A DNA stretch of 48,453 bases, counting the filler, from Sphacelaria rigidula (lineage: Eukaryota), in assembly GCA_964200075.2 (NCBI GenBank). It is 3 parts of 3 records of this genome, joined end to end, with 100 filler letters (N's around TTAATTAATTAA, not from the genome) between each part and the next. Parts side by side here need not be neighbours in the genome. Positions count along the whole stretch, not along the records: positions 32,370 to 48,453 come from CAXNAA020001491.1; 2 more parts are not named here. One strand, 5' to 3'. How positions within the stretch are numbered: position 1 is the stretch's first letter; every line of letters starts with the position of its first letter. The notes below the pieces were generated by a model, which did no database searches, was not told the DNA's origin, and saw nothing but the letters and a program-made list of their open reading frames with translations. The position numbers were made by a program, and so were the translations under genes. Shown here one piece after another: positions 37,176-48,453 of the stretch.

Positions 37176-37418
37176 GACTGCTGCCGAGATAGCCCCACCC
37201 AAACCGGCCAAAACCGTGCACGGAGGCGATGATCATGAATGCCGGTAGAGCTGGTTTCGTGCCGCACGACGCGAATCATTTGGGCGTTATAGCTGATTTC
37301 GGACTGCTGCACGCCTCTCATGTAGGCGATTGCTGCAAAGCCCAAGAGTGGGGTCGCAGCCGGTTTTTCGGACGGTCTTCGGTGCACGTATTGTGGGGGG
37401 GCTATCTCGGCATTAGTC
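37176..37418. mobile_element. GACT-MITE copy 1 (243 bp), TSD TGGG
   Basis: TIRs GACTGCTGCCGAGATAGCCCC / GGGGCTATCTCGGCATTAGTC; TGGG on both sides. Confidence 0.9.
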
Positions 37419-37563
37419 TGGGCGGTATATAATTTCCAGGTGCGGCACGGTTAGACTGACCATGAGCGATTCCGTAAATAACGGTCTTGGGTAGGCAGGC
37501 ATCAACATCCAAGGTGGATCCAGATTGTGCGTTGCTGTGGTCGTCGATTGAAGAAGCAGTGGC

Positions 37564-37812
37564 GACTGCTGCCGAGATAGCCCCCCCCGAACTGGCTAAA
37601 AAACGTGTACGGAAGCGATGATCGTAAATGCCGTTAGAGCTGGTTTTGTGCTGCACGACGCGACTCATTTGGGCGTTATAGCTGATTTCGCATTGCTACA
37701 CGCCTCTCATGTGGGTCACCTTGCTGCAAACGCACCCAATAGGGGGAGTGCAGCCGGTTTGTCGGACGGTCTCCGGTGCACATTTTGTGGGGGGGCTATC
37801 TCGGCATTAGTC
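37564..37812. mobile_element. GACT-MITE copy 2 (249 bp), TSD TGGC
   Basis: Same TIRs and body as copy 1; TGGC on both sides. Confidence 0.9.
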
Positions 37813-38773
37813 TGGCGTCAGAAATATTTGATTTTGTTTTTTCCGTGATGCTTGATAAAGCCGTCGAACTCAAAGTCGTCGGACTGTGGAGAGATTGAGA
37901 TCGAGGTTTTCCTTTCTAGAAAGATGTACTTGATGATGCGCGTGCTTCCTTGGGGGCATCCTTACGGGGCTTCCTCTTTCGCCCTGACGGTGGTCAGGTA
38001 ACTTTCAAAATTTGTTGGTATGCCACAACTGCATCCACTCGGGTGGATGGGCTCAGCATTGGGGCATGATTGGGCGAAACTTGTGGACTTTCCGTAAGCA
38101 AGCTTGGCTGGAGAATCATAGTCAAAGGTAATTTGGGGCGGGTGCTGTCAGAACCAACCAAGGGTAGCTCCGCGGGTGTTGAAAACCGCAGGGAAGGAGC
38201 TCGATCTAACTGGTTGGGTAATATATGATCCGAAGTGGTCAAGTTCAAATCAGCAACACTTGGTTCAGCTGAAAAAGGCATGCTACTGCTTGTGCGTGCG
38301 GTCGCTGAGGGAAGCCTTTGCCTCAGGGACTGACGGGTGTGCTCCCAGACCTCAAACTTATACTCGGCACTGAAGGACCAATTCCACGGCGGAGTGTAGG
38401 TTTGAATCGTAGGGTAACACAACTGTTACGCGGTGTGTCGAGGGGTGGAGACAGTCGTCGATATGAACGGCCGTCAGTTGCGCTCCTGCATAATGCCGGG
38501 GGAGTCCGGCGAGCAATCTTAGTCTCGTGCTCCGTGGGCTGTGTTGAAAAGGTCTTCAAAGGTGCTGTCCGTGGCGTCGAATAATTCAGAACGCCTCCGT
38601 TGGCACGTCAATGATCTGTGCGATACGAAGTGAAGGTATCAGGACTTCTGGTGTTGGGGCTCGAGCTATGTGTCGGTCCTGTCCGCTGGTGTCTATCAGC
38701 GGAACCACGATTGGCGCGAGAGGTGTGATCTCTTTGGCGAGAGCCACAATTATGGTTGTTGTTTTATCGGCGA

Positions 38774-39089
38774 TTAGAGCGATTGTTGCCTCGAGTGTTT
38801 GAATGGTTTGCGACGATTTAGACCTGGGGTATGATCGTCGCGCATTCGTTTATGCCATCGGCGCCACGCGGGCTCATTGTTTTCCAATTCAGGGTTTATG
38901 AGATCGAATGCGTGGATGCATGAGTTGTCACAGTCACGCATGCTGTGGCCTTGTACAATGCAGTTGATACAGCTGTTGGCGTGGCGGCTGGAAGGGTCGC
39001 GTCTAGCCGAAGAAGACAGGAGCGGGTTCCACGAATGGGGATTATTCGTGACAGAAGCTGTCGTAGAAGTCAAATACACATCGTCCCAT
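38774..39089 (-). pseudogene. Gypsy gag nucleocapsid region with CCHC zinc knuckle
   Basis: CINCIVQGHSMRDC = CX2CX4HX4C at 38930-38971. Confidence 0.85.
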
Positions 39090-39524
39090 AACAGAGGATT
39101 CTATAAGATGAGGTTCATCAATGAAATGAGGTTCGAGCCCAAAAGAGTACTTTCTCCACACTTTCAGCGATGATGCCCGATGACGTTTTAGTCAGCCTAA
39201 TGCCCCTCGATCGCGTAGATGCTATTTCAGCGCATTTTACCGACTCTGTGAGCTTACAGCGCTGACCGAAACTGCTGTTTTCCCTGATATCACCCTCCCC
39301 CTAGAAAATAAGTAGAAATGGCGGTTTCGGACAGCGCTGTAAGCTCACAGAGTCGATAAAATGCGATGAAGAAGTATCTACGCGATCAAGGGGCATTAGG
39401 CCGACAAGAAAGTCATAGGGCACCATCGCTGAAAGCGTGGAGAAAGTACTGTTTTTAGCTCGAACCTCATTTCATTGATGAACCTCATTTCATTGATGAA
39501 CCTCATTTCATAGAATTCTCTGTT
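39090..39524. mobile_element. Foldback MITE, AACA...TGTT termini, TSD CCAT
   Basis: AACAGAGGATTCTAT... / ...ATAGAATTCTCTGTT; arms pair to near the centre (~39295); CCAT at 39086-39089 and 39525-39528; extra 18-bp unit AACCTCATTTCATTGATG in the right arm. Confidence 0.9.
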
Positions 39525-39619
39525 CCATGTCTCTTCAGAGTACGTCAAAACTCGCGCAGAATGATTCTTTCTCACTCCTCACACTCATTACTGAGCCGAC
39601 GACACAGTCGGGCGTTCAT

Positions 39620-39868
39620 GACTAATGCCGAGATTGCCCCCCCACGAAAAGCGCCCCGGAAACCGTCCGACAATCCGGCTGCGATCCCACCATTGGACTC
39701 GTTTGCAGATATTCCACTCGTATGAGAGGCGTGTAGCAGTCTAAAACAACCTATAACGCCCAAATGAGACGCGTCGTGCAGCACAATACCAACTCTGATG
39801 GCATTTAAGCTCATCGCCTCCGTGCACGTTTTTGGCCGGGTCGGGGGGGGGCTATCTCGGCAGCAGTC
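39620..39868. mobile_element. GACT-MITE copy 3 (249 bp, inverted), TSD TCAT/CCAT
   Basis: GACTAATGCCGAGATTGCCCCC ... GGGGCTATCTCGGCAGCAGTC; body is the reverse complement of copies 1 and 2; TSD has one mismatch. Confidence 0.88.
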
Positions 39869-40126
39869 CCATGTAGCACGAGATGAGCTCGAGTTCCGTC
39901 CGCGACACCCATAGTTGTTCGCGGAGGAGACAGCGGCAGACTGTAAACGCGAAGACAAATACTTGTCAGGCCGAAGGGCGGGAGTGCGGTTACTTGCTTG
40001 ATGGACAAATGCTGTCCACATTGCGTCTACAGAGGTCTAAGGCACCTAGCGGTGTGCTAAGGCACCCGAATACAACGACGGCATCAGTGCCGGAAACTGC
40101 TCAGAAACACGCGCACGGACACACGG

Positions 40127-41251
40127 CTAACACATATAATCAGAAGGGCCGCTCTGGCGTCCGGTTCCCAAAGTGCTGGAAACCAACAAATAGAACTGAC
40201 GAAGGTAGTCGGGAAAGGGGACGTCCGTGGATACACCGAACGAGTTCAGACACTGAATGGAACTGCCTTGGGTGCTCCGGCCGAAACAAGCAGTTAAACG
40301 CCGTTCCAGACTACTAAGTGGAGCCGGCGCAGCTCGCCCCGGGGCATGGTCCTGATCCATCGCTGAGATGAATGCGTCGAGGACCTGCGTCAATGAAGGA
40401 GCAATGTCAGGCGAGCGATGATATATGGCGCGGTGAAAGGCGTTGTGTGGCGGCGTCTGCCAACCATCGTTCCAAACGGGATCTTCAAAGCGCTGAGCAC
40501 CCGTGCAATCCGCTGATTGCAGAACATTTCGTACAGTACGACGGACGGAGTGAATTAGACCAAAGGTGAACTGTCCTGAGTCCTCATTGTCCGCTGCAGG
40601 CATGGTTTCAACATGCCAAAGTTTCTTGACACCCATCTGAATGCACTCTATCTGAATAGCTGCTACTCGAGCAGCTTCAGCCTTAGCAGCAGCTGCAGCC
40701 TCACGAGGTGCAGTTTGTTCTTGGCTAGCCGCGGTGGCAGCTATAATAGTGCGGGCCGAGGTAAAAGACAAAGATATATCTTTGCTATCAGCATCAGACA
40801 AACCTAATATGTCGCGGGAAACATCAGCCAAACGAGGTGTTTCTTGCCTGATGTTGATAAAGGCGACCGATGGTGGGTCCGTTGTTGACCGAGTCCTATT
40901 GCGGAGTTGCCAGGAGATCCCAAGAGCCGGAGCCCGCACGCTTGCGGTTCGGAAATTGTCGGGACCGGTCCATTCGGCGTGAGCCGGATCCTCTTCATCC
41001 TCCGCCGGAGGACCCGGAACCGTCGCGGTGACGACCGGGTCCGCCGCCCTGATGGCCATCATTGTTGGGGTCTCGTTTGGGCGGTCGGCAGCTTGCAGTG
41101 ACTGGAGTCCAGGTGTCCTCGTCATTGTTGTGATCGTCGTCAGCAGAGGTGCCCGACTGGAATGCATCTCGTAAGGCCTGTAAAAGGCCACGTACTCTCT
41201 TGTTGTATAGGCACCGGCGCCATTATTGGGGCCAGTCTGCGCGTGCGCCAC
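40127..41251 (-). pseudogene. Gypsy gag-like ORF segment (374 aa)
   Basis: Longest ORF in the window, upstream of and on the same strand as the zinc knuckle and pol. Confidence 0.6.
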
Positions 41252-43353
41252 GAGCTGGGCGAGCGTCAGGGAGTGCGGATCGGAGTCCGGGACGCATGCG
41301 ACTTGGTCAAGGTATAAGCCCTAGGCAACGAGAAGTTGATGGTGTACGGTGGTCCAAGCGTCCTCGGAGCTCTGTAGGGAGTTGTCGACAGAAACATCTG
41401 CGGAGAAGTCGCGGACAGTATGGACAAGCCAAGTGACCGCGTGGGGGAAAAGAGCGAGACCAGGCTGGTCATTTGCCCTGGTGTCAGTGGCAGCAGCGTA
41501 TGTCTTGTATTCCTACTTACGGGGGATACGGTACCCCGAAGAGGAAGAAGAGGCCGGGCCCGATGGCGGAGAAGACGCGGGGGTTCGCCGAGGGTGCTGC
41601 GGATATTGGAGCGACGTGGCGCGAGCCCGAACGGCCTGATGATCGCTAAGCAGGGTCGCCGCGGATTCTGCGTGATCAGCGGTCCGGGTGATGTGTGCAG
41701 CAAGCTCCGTAGCCTTGCGTCGGCTGGCTTCAATGACCGATTGGTGTTCGGTGTGAGCCCGAAGAGCAGCGGAGTGTGCGGCGATGGCGGTGTCCACGTT
41801 TCGCTAGAGATTGAACTGCCGTATGTTATATTCCTGATGGAGGAGGAGGATCGTGCTCTTGACGGCGGAGCGGTCATCCCGCACGTCGCGAGATACCGGC
41901 GCCGCACCTGCCGGCGCCGGGGTGGTGACCGTAGGTATCGGCACCGGGGTGTTGGCTCGGTAGCAGGCGATGATGCGGTTTGGGGCGTCCCGATCGTGTT
42001 TCATGAACAGGCACACAGGGTAGCCCGCTGGGCAACACTCCTCAGTCACCTGCGGCTGTGGTTGTGATGGTAGGACGACGGGGGTTGTTGGGGACCCGGC
42101 CGGAGACCTCTCATCGGTGTGGGTACCGCCGACGGCGGCAGTGGCGGCGGCAGTGGCGGCAGTAACAGCGACTGAAGGTGCCGCACTGACGCTCGGGGCG
42201 ACAGCGATAGCGACCGGAGGGGTAGTGGTCATGGCTGGAGCAGCAGTCGTTGCCGTGGTGGCCGCCGTGGTGAACCCCGTGGTTGCCGAAGGGGCGGTGG
42301 GCGAAGTCTTGGAAAGCTCCATGGGGTGCTTGAGTGAGCGTTGCAGGTCTAAATCTGCCGTTGGAGCAAGTGGATAGTGGCGGCAGCGGAGCGGGATGGG
42401 ATATCGCGGGTAGATCGAAATCGACTATGATGACGTCGGGGCTCGCAAGAAGAGTCCTCGCTGACTTTGTCTATCGAGAAAGCTGGATCCGATGATGGAT
42501 CTGAAAGGATATATCTGATATCGTCCACATGCACAGTGTGATCATTACGTAAGTTTTGTCGGCGTTGCGAGTGACTCATGGACGGAACGCAACCACTTGT
42601 GTGGCTATTACTCGACGATCATCTAGAACCGCGTGAGCTTGACGACTGTGCCCTGGGCTACCCCCGCGGGGATGACTGTTGTTGTCATGCCTACCACGCG
42701 TCGTCGATTTATAATAGCGGGGGGTACGAGCCCCGCTTCCGTAGGGAGCGGAAGATACGCGAGAATTAACTCTATCGTGCCTTCCCCTCGGGGGTCGTAT
42801 AGATCGCGCAGTGGTGACTGGGGGGTCATGACGTGCGGCAGCGGTCTCTGGGCTTTGAGCACCGCGGACAATATGCGCGTAAGAGGGGCGTGCCTGAGGA
42901 TGTAGCGTGGTATCGCAAAGGGCCTTGAGTGCCGCGATCAGATTTGAACCAGGATCGTCTGCGGAGCCATGTGAACCATTGGCTGAGTTCCGGAGAGACC
43001 AAGCCATGGCCTCAACCATGGTTCCAGAACCAGATGACGGGGAAGGGCGCGTTGGACTTTCAGAGGTCGTAGAGTGAGGACTTCCAACAGAAGCAAGACC
43101 CGTGGCAGTATTTCGGACACCGTTATCGAACCGCTTCGACGGGATTGGCGAAACGTTGATCGTCTTCGAACTGGGCGCCATGGAAGAAGCCACCGCTGTA
43201 GGCTCAACTAAGGGCGCCACCCTATCCGCGGATCCTAGAACGAACGGCATCCGGGGAAGCATTTTTCAGTGAGGGGGGTGCTTCGGCACTAGCCGGTATC
43301 GAATCGTCACGGGATGTTTCATCGTGGGACATGGGTGTTGCAGTCGTAATTGC

Positions 43354-43530
43354 TGTCGAGCCGCCGCGAAATGTTACGTCGTGAGGCAGTCTTGACTTTG
43401 AAGGCCGCTGGTATTCAGGTCCCGTAGATAGAGCAGCGCCTGGTGTCGAGCCGCCACGAAATGTTACGTCGTGAGGCAGTCTTGACTTTGCAGCCGCTGG
43501 TCTTCAAGTTCCATAGATAGACCAGCGCTC
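43354..43530. repeat. ~90-bp direct tandem duplication in the Gypsy 5' region
   Basis: TGTCGAGCCGCC(G/A)CGAAATGTTACGTCGTGAGGCAGTCTTGACTTTG... at 43354 and 43444. Confidence 0.85.
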
Positions 43531-44030
43531 TTGGGTTGTTGTCGTAGAGTCGAAGGTGAAATACTGCCCTTCCCGATGTGGCGAGAACGGTGATTAGTTT
43601 GGCTTCGTGTACGGCGGGGCCATGGGTCTCCTGAACCGGAGGAGGAAGCCAAGCTGATGAGTTGCGACAAAATGAGGGGTGTGTCGGCGGCGTTGTATCT
43701 ACGGCTCTGGAAAGTTCAGAACAGTTGTCAGAGCTATTTCGCACGATCCATGAGCGCAAGTAGCTAAACAACAAGAGGAACATAGGTGTGGTAGGTGCCA
43801 CGGATGTCCCGATGTAGAACGCAGGGCAAGGAGAATAAAGGGCGCTTGTGCCCGGGGGAATGCTCAAAATCAAGGAACAGTGCCGTGATGTAGTAATTGA
43901 GGACACCGGAGTACAACAATGTCCCAGTGAACAAAGAGGACGGTCGGCAGGAAAAGAGCCGCGGTTGAATAACGAAGTACGAGGCGGCTGAACAAAAATG
44001 TTTTCGAGGGCTGGGACACTTGAATGTAAG

Positions 44031-44476
44031 AACACGGGATCTTACAAATTGGGGATGGATCTTTTATTGGGGTTGGAAACCCGGAGAATTAAAATCTTCG
44101 TATCCACACCAAATCTTCGAAATATGGTTCCATTTCTCCACCTACTGATAGCTATTACTGATAACTGCTACACGTCGTAGAAATTTGGATTTCGATCACC
44201 GACATGTTGGGGTGGTAGGTGAAAAACCAATTTCGGAACCATTTTGGCGTCCGTTCGAACACCCGAAATTCCCCAAAATTGTTTTTTCACCTACCACCCC
44301 AACATTTGGGTGATCGAAATTCAAATTTCTGTGGCGTGTAGCAGTTGTCGATACCCATCAGTAGGTGAGAAAATGGAACGATATTTCGAAGATTTGGTGT
44401 GGATACGAAGATTTAAATTCTCCGGGTTTCTCATCCCCGATAAAAGATCCATCCCCAGTTTGTAAGGTCCCGTGTT
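44031..44476. mobile_element. Foldback MITE, AACA...TGTT termini
   Basis: AACACGGGATCTTACAAATTGGGG / CCCCAGTTTGTAAGGTCCCGTGTT; internal homology to 19515-19956. Confidence 0.85.
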
Positions 44477-44767
44477 TGAAACAAAATCCGGTACTCAGAA
44501 CGGGGCGAGCTGATGGATTGAAATAACTGCAATAACAAAGATGATGTGCTTCAACGCTGTACTTTCCGATAATTAATGTATAATAGTAAAGACGCGGGCA
44601 GCCTACTGTCTGTACTCTGTAAAACCAGTGTGCCGCTGAAAGAAGAGAAACTTTTCGCACACATTCAGTGCTGGGCCGCGGCGCAATGAAAGCAGGTAAA
44701 GACGGTGCGTGGAAATATAAGTAGTGCTGCGCAGATATCGGCAGGGGTTTGAATTTGAGCAATATAA

Positions 44768-45001
44768 CGGTATGGGTGCACTTTTTGCGCAAAATCATGT
44801 CTGGTTGAGGAGCTCCTAACGATTGTAGATGCACAAAAATATGGGTCAGGGCATCCCCGCTTGCAAATTAATTTGGCATATCCCTCGGACACGGGAATAG
44901 TAGTCCTGACGTACTCTAACATATTTCATAAGTCGTGTTTCGGATGAGATAAAGGGCTCCTAACGATTATAATCTCGGAAAATATTTGTGCACCCCTACC
45001 G
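44768..45001. mobile_element. Small TIR element
   Basis: CGGTATGGGTGCAC / GTGCACCCCTACCG inverted termini; internal direct repeat GCTCCTAACGATT. Confidence 0.5.
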
Positions 45002-46633
45002 TAGCATCACTCATGCGAAGAGAACAAGAACAATGCATACGGTAGAACCCATTCGACCGTGGTCTTTGTTTGCACAGGTCTGTGTTACAGAGAAGATGCG
45101 GCCACCACTTGGGAAGTTGGCGGTGAAGAACATCAGTCTAATCAAATGAAAGAAGAACTCGACCACAATAGGAGTAGCAGGTACTCAGTTCCGAGGTGCC
45201 AGAAAAATGAGGAGCCGATATACAGTTTTGTGTTGCCCCATGTCACAAACACGGGAGATCACGAATTGCAGTTGGATTTTTTTCTTAATATAAGCCGTGG
45301 GAACCTCCATAAGCATCGATATGCTTCCAAAAAGATACAAAGGCACTCTCCGGCCGTGGTTATTGACCTCGCTCGTGTCGAAACCCAAGTCACTCGCAAA
45401 TTATTGAATCCAGTGTTTCTTCCAAAGCTTCGACCTCCGTTCATTCCCCTGCAGAATGGTCAATCCCAATTCTCAGAATCTAACGGGAGCAACAGAATGA
45501 AATACATTGATTGCCCCCCCCCGTCCTTGCCCTCCCCTGTTACGATTTGAGACCAACAACTGATCAATGAACGCTTCCCAGGTGCATATCCTCTCAATAA
45601 CGTCTCGCAAAACGTTTGTGGATACGGCGGGAACACGAGCTATCCTTCCCTTCACATCCCTCCCCTCCTCCTACCTTGCCAGTAAAATTACTACTTCTAC
45701 TACTACTACTTTTACTATTATTTTTACCATTATTTCTACACGATTGCCCGATCTCTCGAACCCGTGGTCACAGACGCAGGCTTTCCAATACCGTCCCTGC
45801 CATTCCTTACAAGAGATACAGCTTTCATTATTTCTCCTGAGGATTCAAGAAAAACAAACAAAGTAATAGCGAATAGATACAACAAGGGAGAGACGTCAAA
45901 AACACAGACGAGAAACAATTTCCCCCTGGGTCGATCGGGTTGAGGTAAAACCAAACCCATCAGATCTGCCAAGTAAGTATTCGAAAAGAAACAGGGAGAT
46001 TAAAGACACGAGGGATTAAAATGGCTGCCAGCAAGAATCAAAATACCCAAACCCCCAGGTGAACAGACGAACAAGTAGTAATGACGCTGTCGAAGAGCTT
46101 ACCGTGCATGGTATAAAAAAGCACTACTTTTGAACAAAGGTGCGATTGGTGAAGTCAGAATCGCTCCTACTATAGCCTGCAAGAAGCACGACTCAAAAGT
46201 ATTTCATTTATCCCACGTTTACTTCACACATGATCTGAACCCTGGGAGAAAGAATAGGAGTAGAGATAGACCCTACTCCCCTATGATGTCCCAACCAACG
46301 CATCTCCTTCGCCGCCGTCGTTGTCTGTCGTATGTCGCGTTTCGATCAGGTAAGCCGCCGACATATATGAGTCTATCTATCCTTCCGGTATGGAGCGAAA
46401 AGTGCCACTCAAAGCCAACCTTTTTGCCGAACGCGAGGCAGTGGGAAGGCGGACCAGCGCAATCGGCTACTGCTGTTGTACACCCAATAGGGCATCGATC
46501 ACTCGCTCGCTCGCATGGAAGCTATTAATAGGTGACCGACGCTCGCCTCTCTCCACCACTACAGTAGGACGATGTTCGTGGCCAACCGTCAACGACAAAC
46601 AGCTATATGTACGTACGGCACGCAAAGCACGAG

Positions 46634-46898
46634 TCACCACCACCATGTTCCGCCCCCTACTTCTCCACTATTGACCTTGCCCCGTCGAACTCGTAATTCT
46701 TGCAAGGGGTAATTGATCCACCACTCTTCCCGGACTTCCTCCGTCCACCTTGGTCGTCTCTCCTTCTCATCGAGGAGCGCCTCTTTCGCGGTGCGGTCCC
46801 TGATTCCATCGAGGATATTTCTAATCCGCGCGGGGAGTGCTGTGGGCGAGGTCCCAGCCGGAGCGCTAGAGATAGCAGCCTCATCGCCATTGTCGTTA

Positions 46899-46933
<35 letters not shown>

Positions 46934-47014
46934 ATCGTTGTCGTTATCGTTGTCGTTGTCGCTGTCGTTGTCGCTGTCGTTGTCGTTATCGTTATCGTTG
47001 CTGTTGTCGCCGTC

Positions 47015-47046
<32 letters not shown>

Positions 47047-47176
47047 CGTCGTTGTCGTTGGTTTCGGTGTTCGAGTCTTCCCATAGAGTGGGGCAAGAGA
47101 GTAAACACTCCACGTCGTCCAGCCCGAGTCGCAGGTCGGGGTCTCGGTGCATGAGTGCCTTGATAACGGCAACTAC
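46634..47176 (-). CDS. Exon of a host gene, probable protein kinase C-terminal part with poly-(DN) tract
   Basis: Acceptor CCCTACAG precedes VVAVIKALMHRDPDLRLGLDDVECLLSCPTLW (kinase subdomain XI-like L..DP..R). The frame stays open through the repeat to TGA at 46634-46636; an internal donor near 46660 is also possible. Confidence 0.55.
46890..47060. repeat. (GTTGTC)n hexamer microsatellite
   Basis: Imperfect hexamer run read as GAC AAC (Asp-Asn) on the minus strand. Confidence 0.95.
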
Positions 47177-48453
47177 CTGTAGGGTTTGAGCGTGCGGTGA
47201 ACAGCGGCGGATGAACGAACTATTATCATAACCTTGTCTGCCTGCCGTAACTTGAGACGTCGCGAAGCGTGACTAAGTACGGTGGCTTACAAGGCGTGCC
47301 AGTGCGTACCTGTGTAGTGAAATCATGACCAAAACACAACATCAAGAAAACTTACTGTACTCATATGTTTATGTAGGTATACACACCGTGCGGGTTCAGT
47401 CAGCACAATAACAACAACTGTCATGAGATGTGAACTCTGCTCGGGCTGTGACTCGTCGGCCACGTGCTGGTTGGTGCAATACTGTATCCTCCTACCGTTC
47501 GTGAACGCTGGAAAACTGACGGCGTGCGTACACTTGTTTGGTCAGAATATCCTTCTCGCGTCCGCAGATTCGTTTTACTCAGACTGTCAGGCTCTTCAAG
47601 ATCCGAAAATATATCGGTATCCACCCACACTGGAATATACCCAAGTACTCTGTGCTTGCGATCGGCTCGAGCGGGGAAATTGGGGTCGATTGTTCTAAAA
47701 TCACGCGAGGAGTGGACGGCGATCGGGGCTGGACAAGGTTGTGGTGGTACTGTACATCGACGATGACAACAGACACAACGGTAGGGTACTGTACTGTACC
47801 ATGAAGGACGCCACAACCGGGCGCGGGGTGCCATTCACAATACACGACGCCATAACAGTATATCTCCACCCAAGGGTCTGTCGAGGGAATATTTTCGGAC
47901 ACGGAGCCCCCCACGTTCTGGAGGACATTTTTCGAATTGACATGGTTTTTGAATTTTTGTTTTGTGTTTTTTTTGTGATTGTTTTATATTTTTGGTTGAA
48001 ATTGTTGAAAGAAATTGATGAACACTGACAAAGACCGAAAAATCTGGAGGGCTTTGCGAGGTTCGTATATTTGCTTCTGCTCCTTGCCCGCCCTGTCCCG
48101 ATGACCTCGGATGCCGGCACTGCTCACACACATCTATGTACAACACACGAGCTCACGGTAGCGACAGTCTGTAGCCAATGTAGCAACATTATCTCATGCC
48201 TGGCTCAATTTGACCGGAGTACTAGTGGTAAGTAGTCGAGGCACACGACACGGGACATGATCGTGTGGATGTAATCATGGCAGGCGATAAGCTTGCGGGG
48301 GCGGTGTGTCCGTCATCTCAGCGGTTTCCATGCCAAGGATCTCTGCACACGTAGCGCGAACGCCTTGGCAATAAACTAGAGGACAGCATGCGAGGTGTTT
48401 CCCCCCCCGGCCCCCCCCCCCCCCCTGCCTCCGCAGGCCACTCCCCCCCGGCC

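Larger units (their letters stand above)
32370..44030 (-). mobile_element. Degenerate Ty3/Gypsy LTR retrotransposon, 3' end cut by contig join
   Basis: Gag-like ORFs at 40127-43262, CCHC zinc knuckle at 38930-38971, RT with YLDD at 36091-36102, RNase H ~35230-35680, then integrase: Gypsy order RT-RH-INT. Frameshifts, stops and nested MITEs; outer boundaries approximate. Confidence 0.9.

Noticed and set aside
45059..45550. 163-aa plus ORF as host exon or hAT dimerisation domain
   Set aside because: An acceptor-like site exists, but resemblance to hAT (KKIQRHSPAVVIDL) is too weak to support a call.
46657..47189. Poly-Thr, poly-Val and poly-(Ser-Leu) ORFs
   Set aside because: Alternative readings of the same hexamer repeat; only the Asp-Asn frame has protein-like flanks in phase with a splice acceptor.

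Overview
Eukaryotic, repeat-dominated window, most likely from a brown alga or related photosynthetic stramenopile (inferred from a bipartite ASAFAP-type plastid presequence and short GT-AG exons in long introns). It is three contigs joined by artificial 100-bp N44-TTAATTAATTAA-N44 linkers at 16086-16185 and 32270-32369. Two host genes are partly visible. The first is three exons (+) of a plastid-targeted, probably HHL1-like protein whose 8.1-kb second intron is full of transposons. The second is one exon (-) resembling a protein kinase C-terminus with an in-frame poly-(Asp-Asn) tract. The rest is transposon DNA: a degenerate ~11.6-kb Ty3/Gypsy element carrying five nested TIR insertions, a decayed Ty1/Copia, possible Gypsy, DIRS and hAT remnants, two tRNA-derived SINE families, piggyBac-type and CACTG-type non-autonomous elements, foldback MITEs and minisatellites. 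No intact novel multi-gene system is evident. The most unusual signals are unclassified TIR elements with 4-bp TSDs at TGG/CCA-containing sites and a set of AACA...TGTT foldback elements. Family assignments rest on motif recognition by eye, not database searches.
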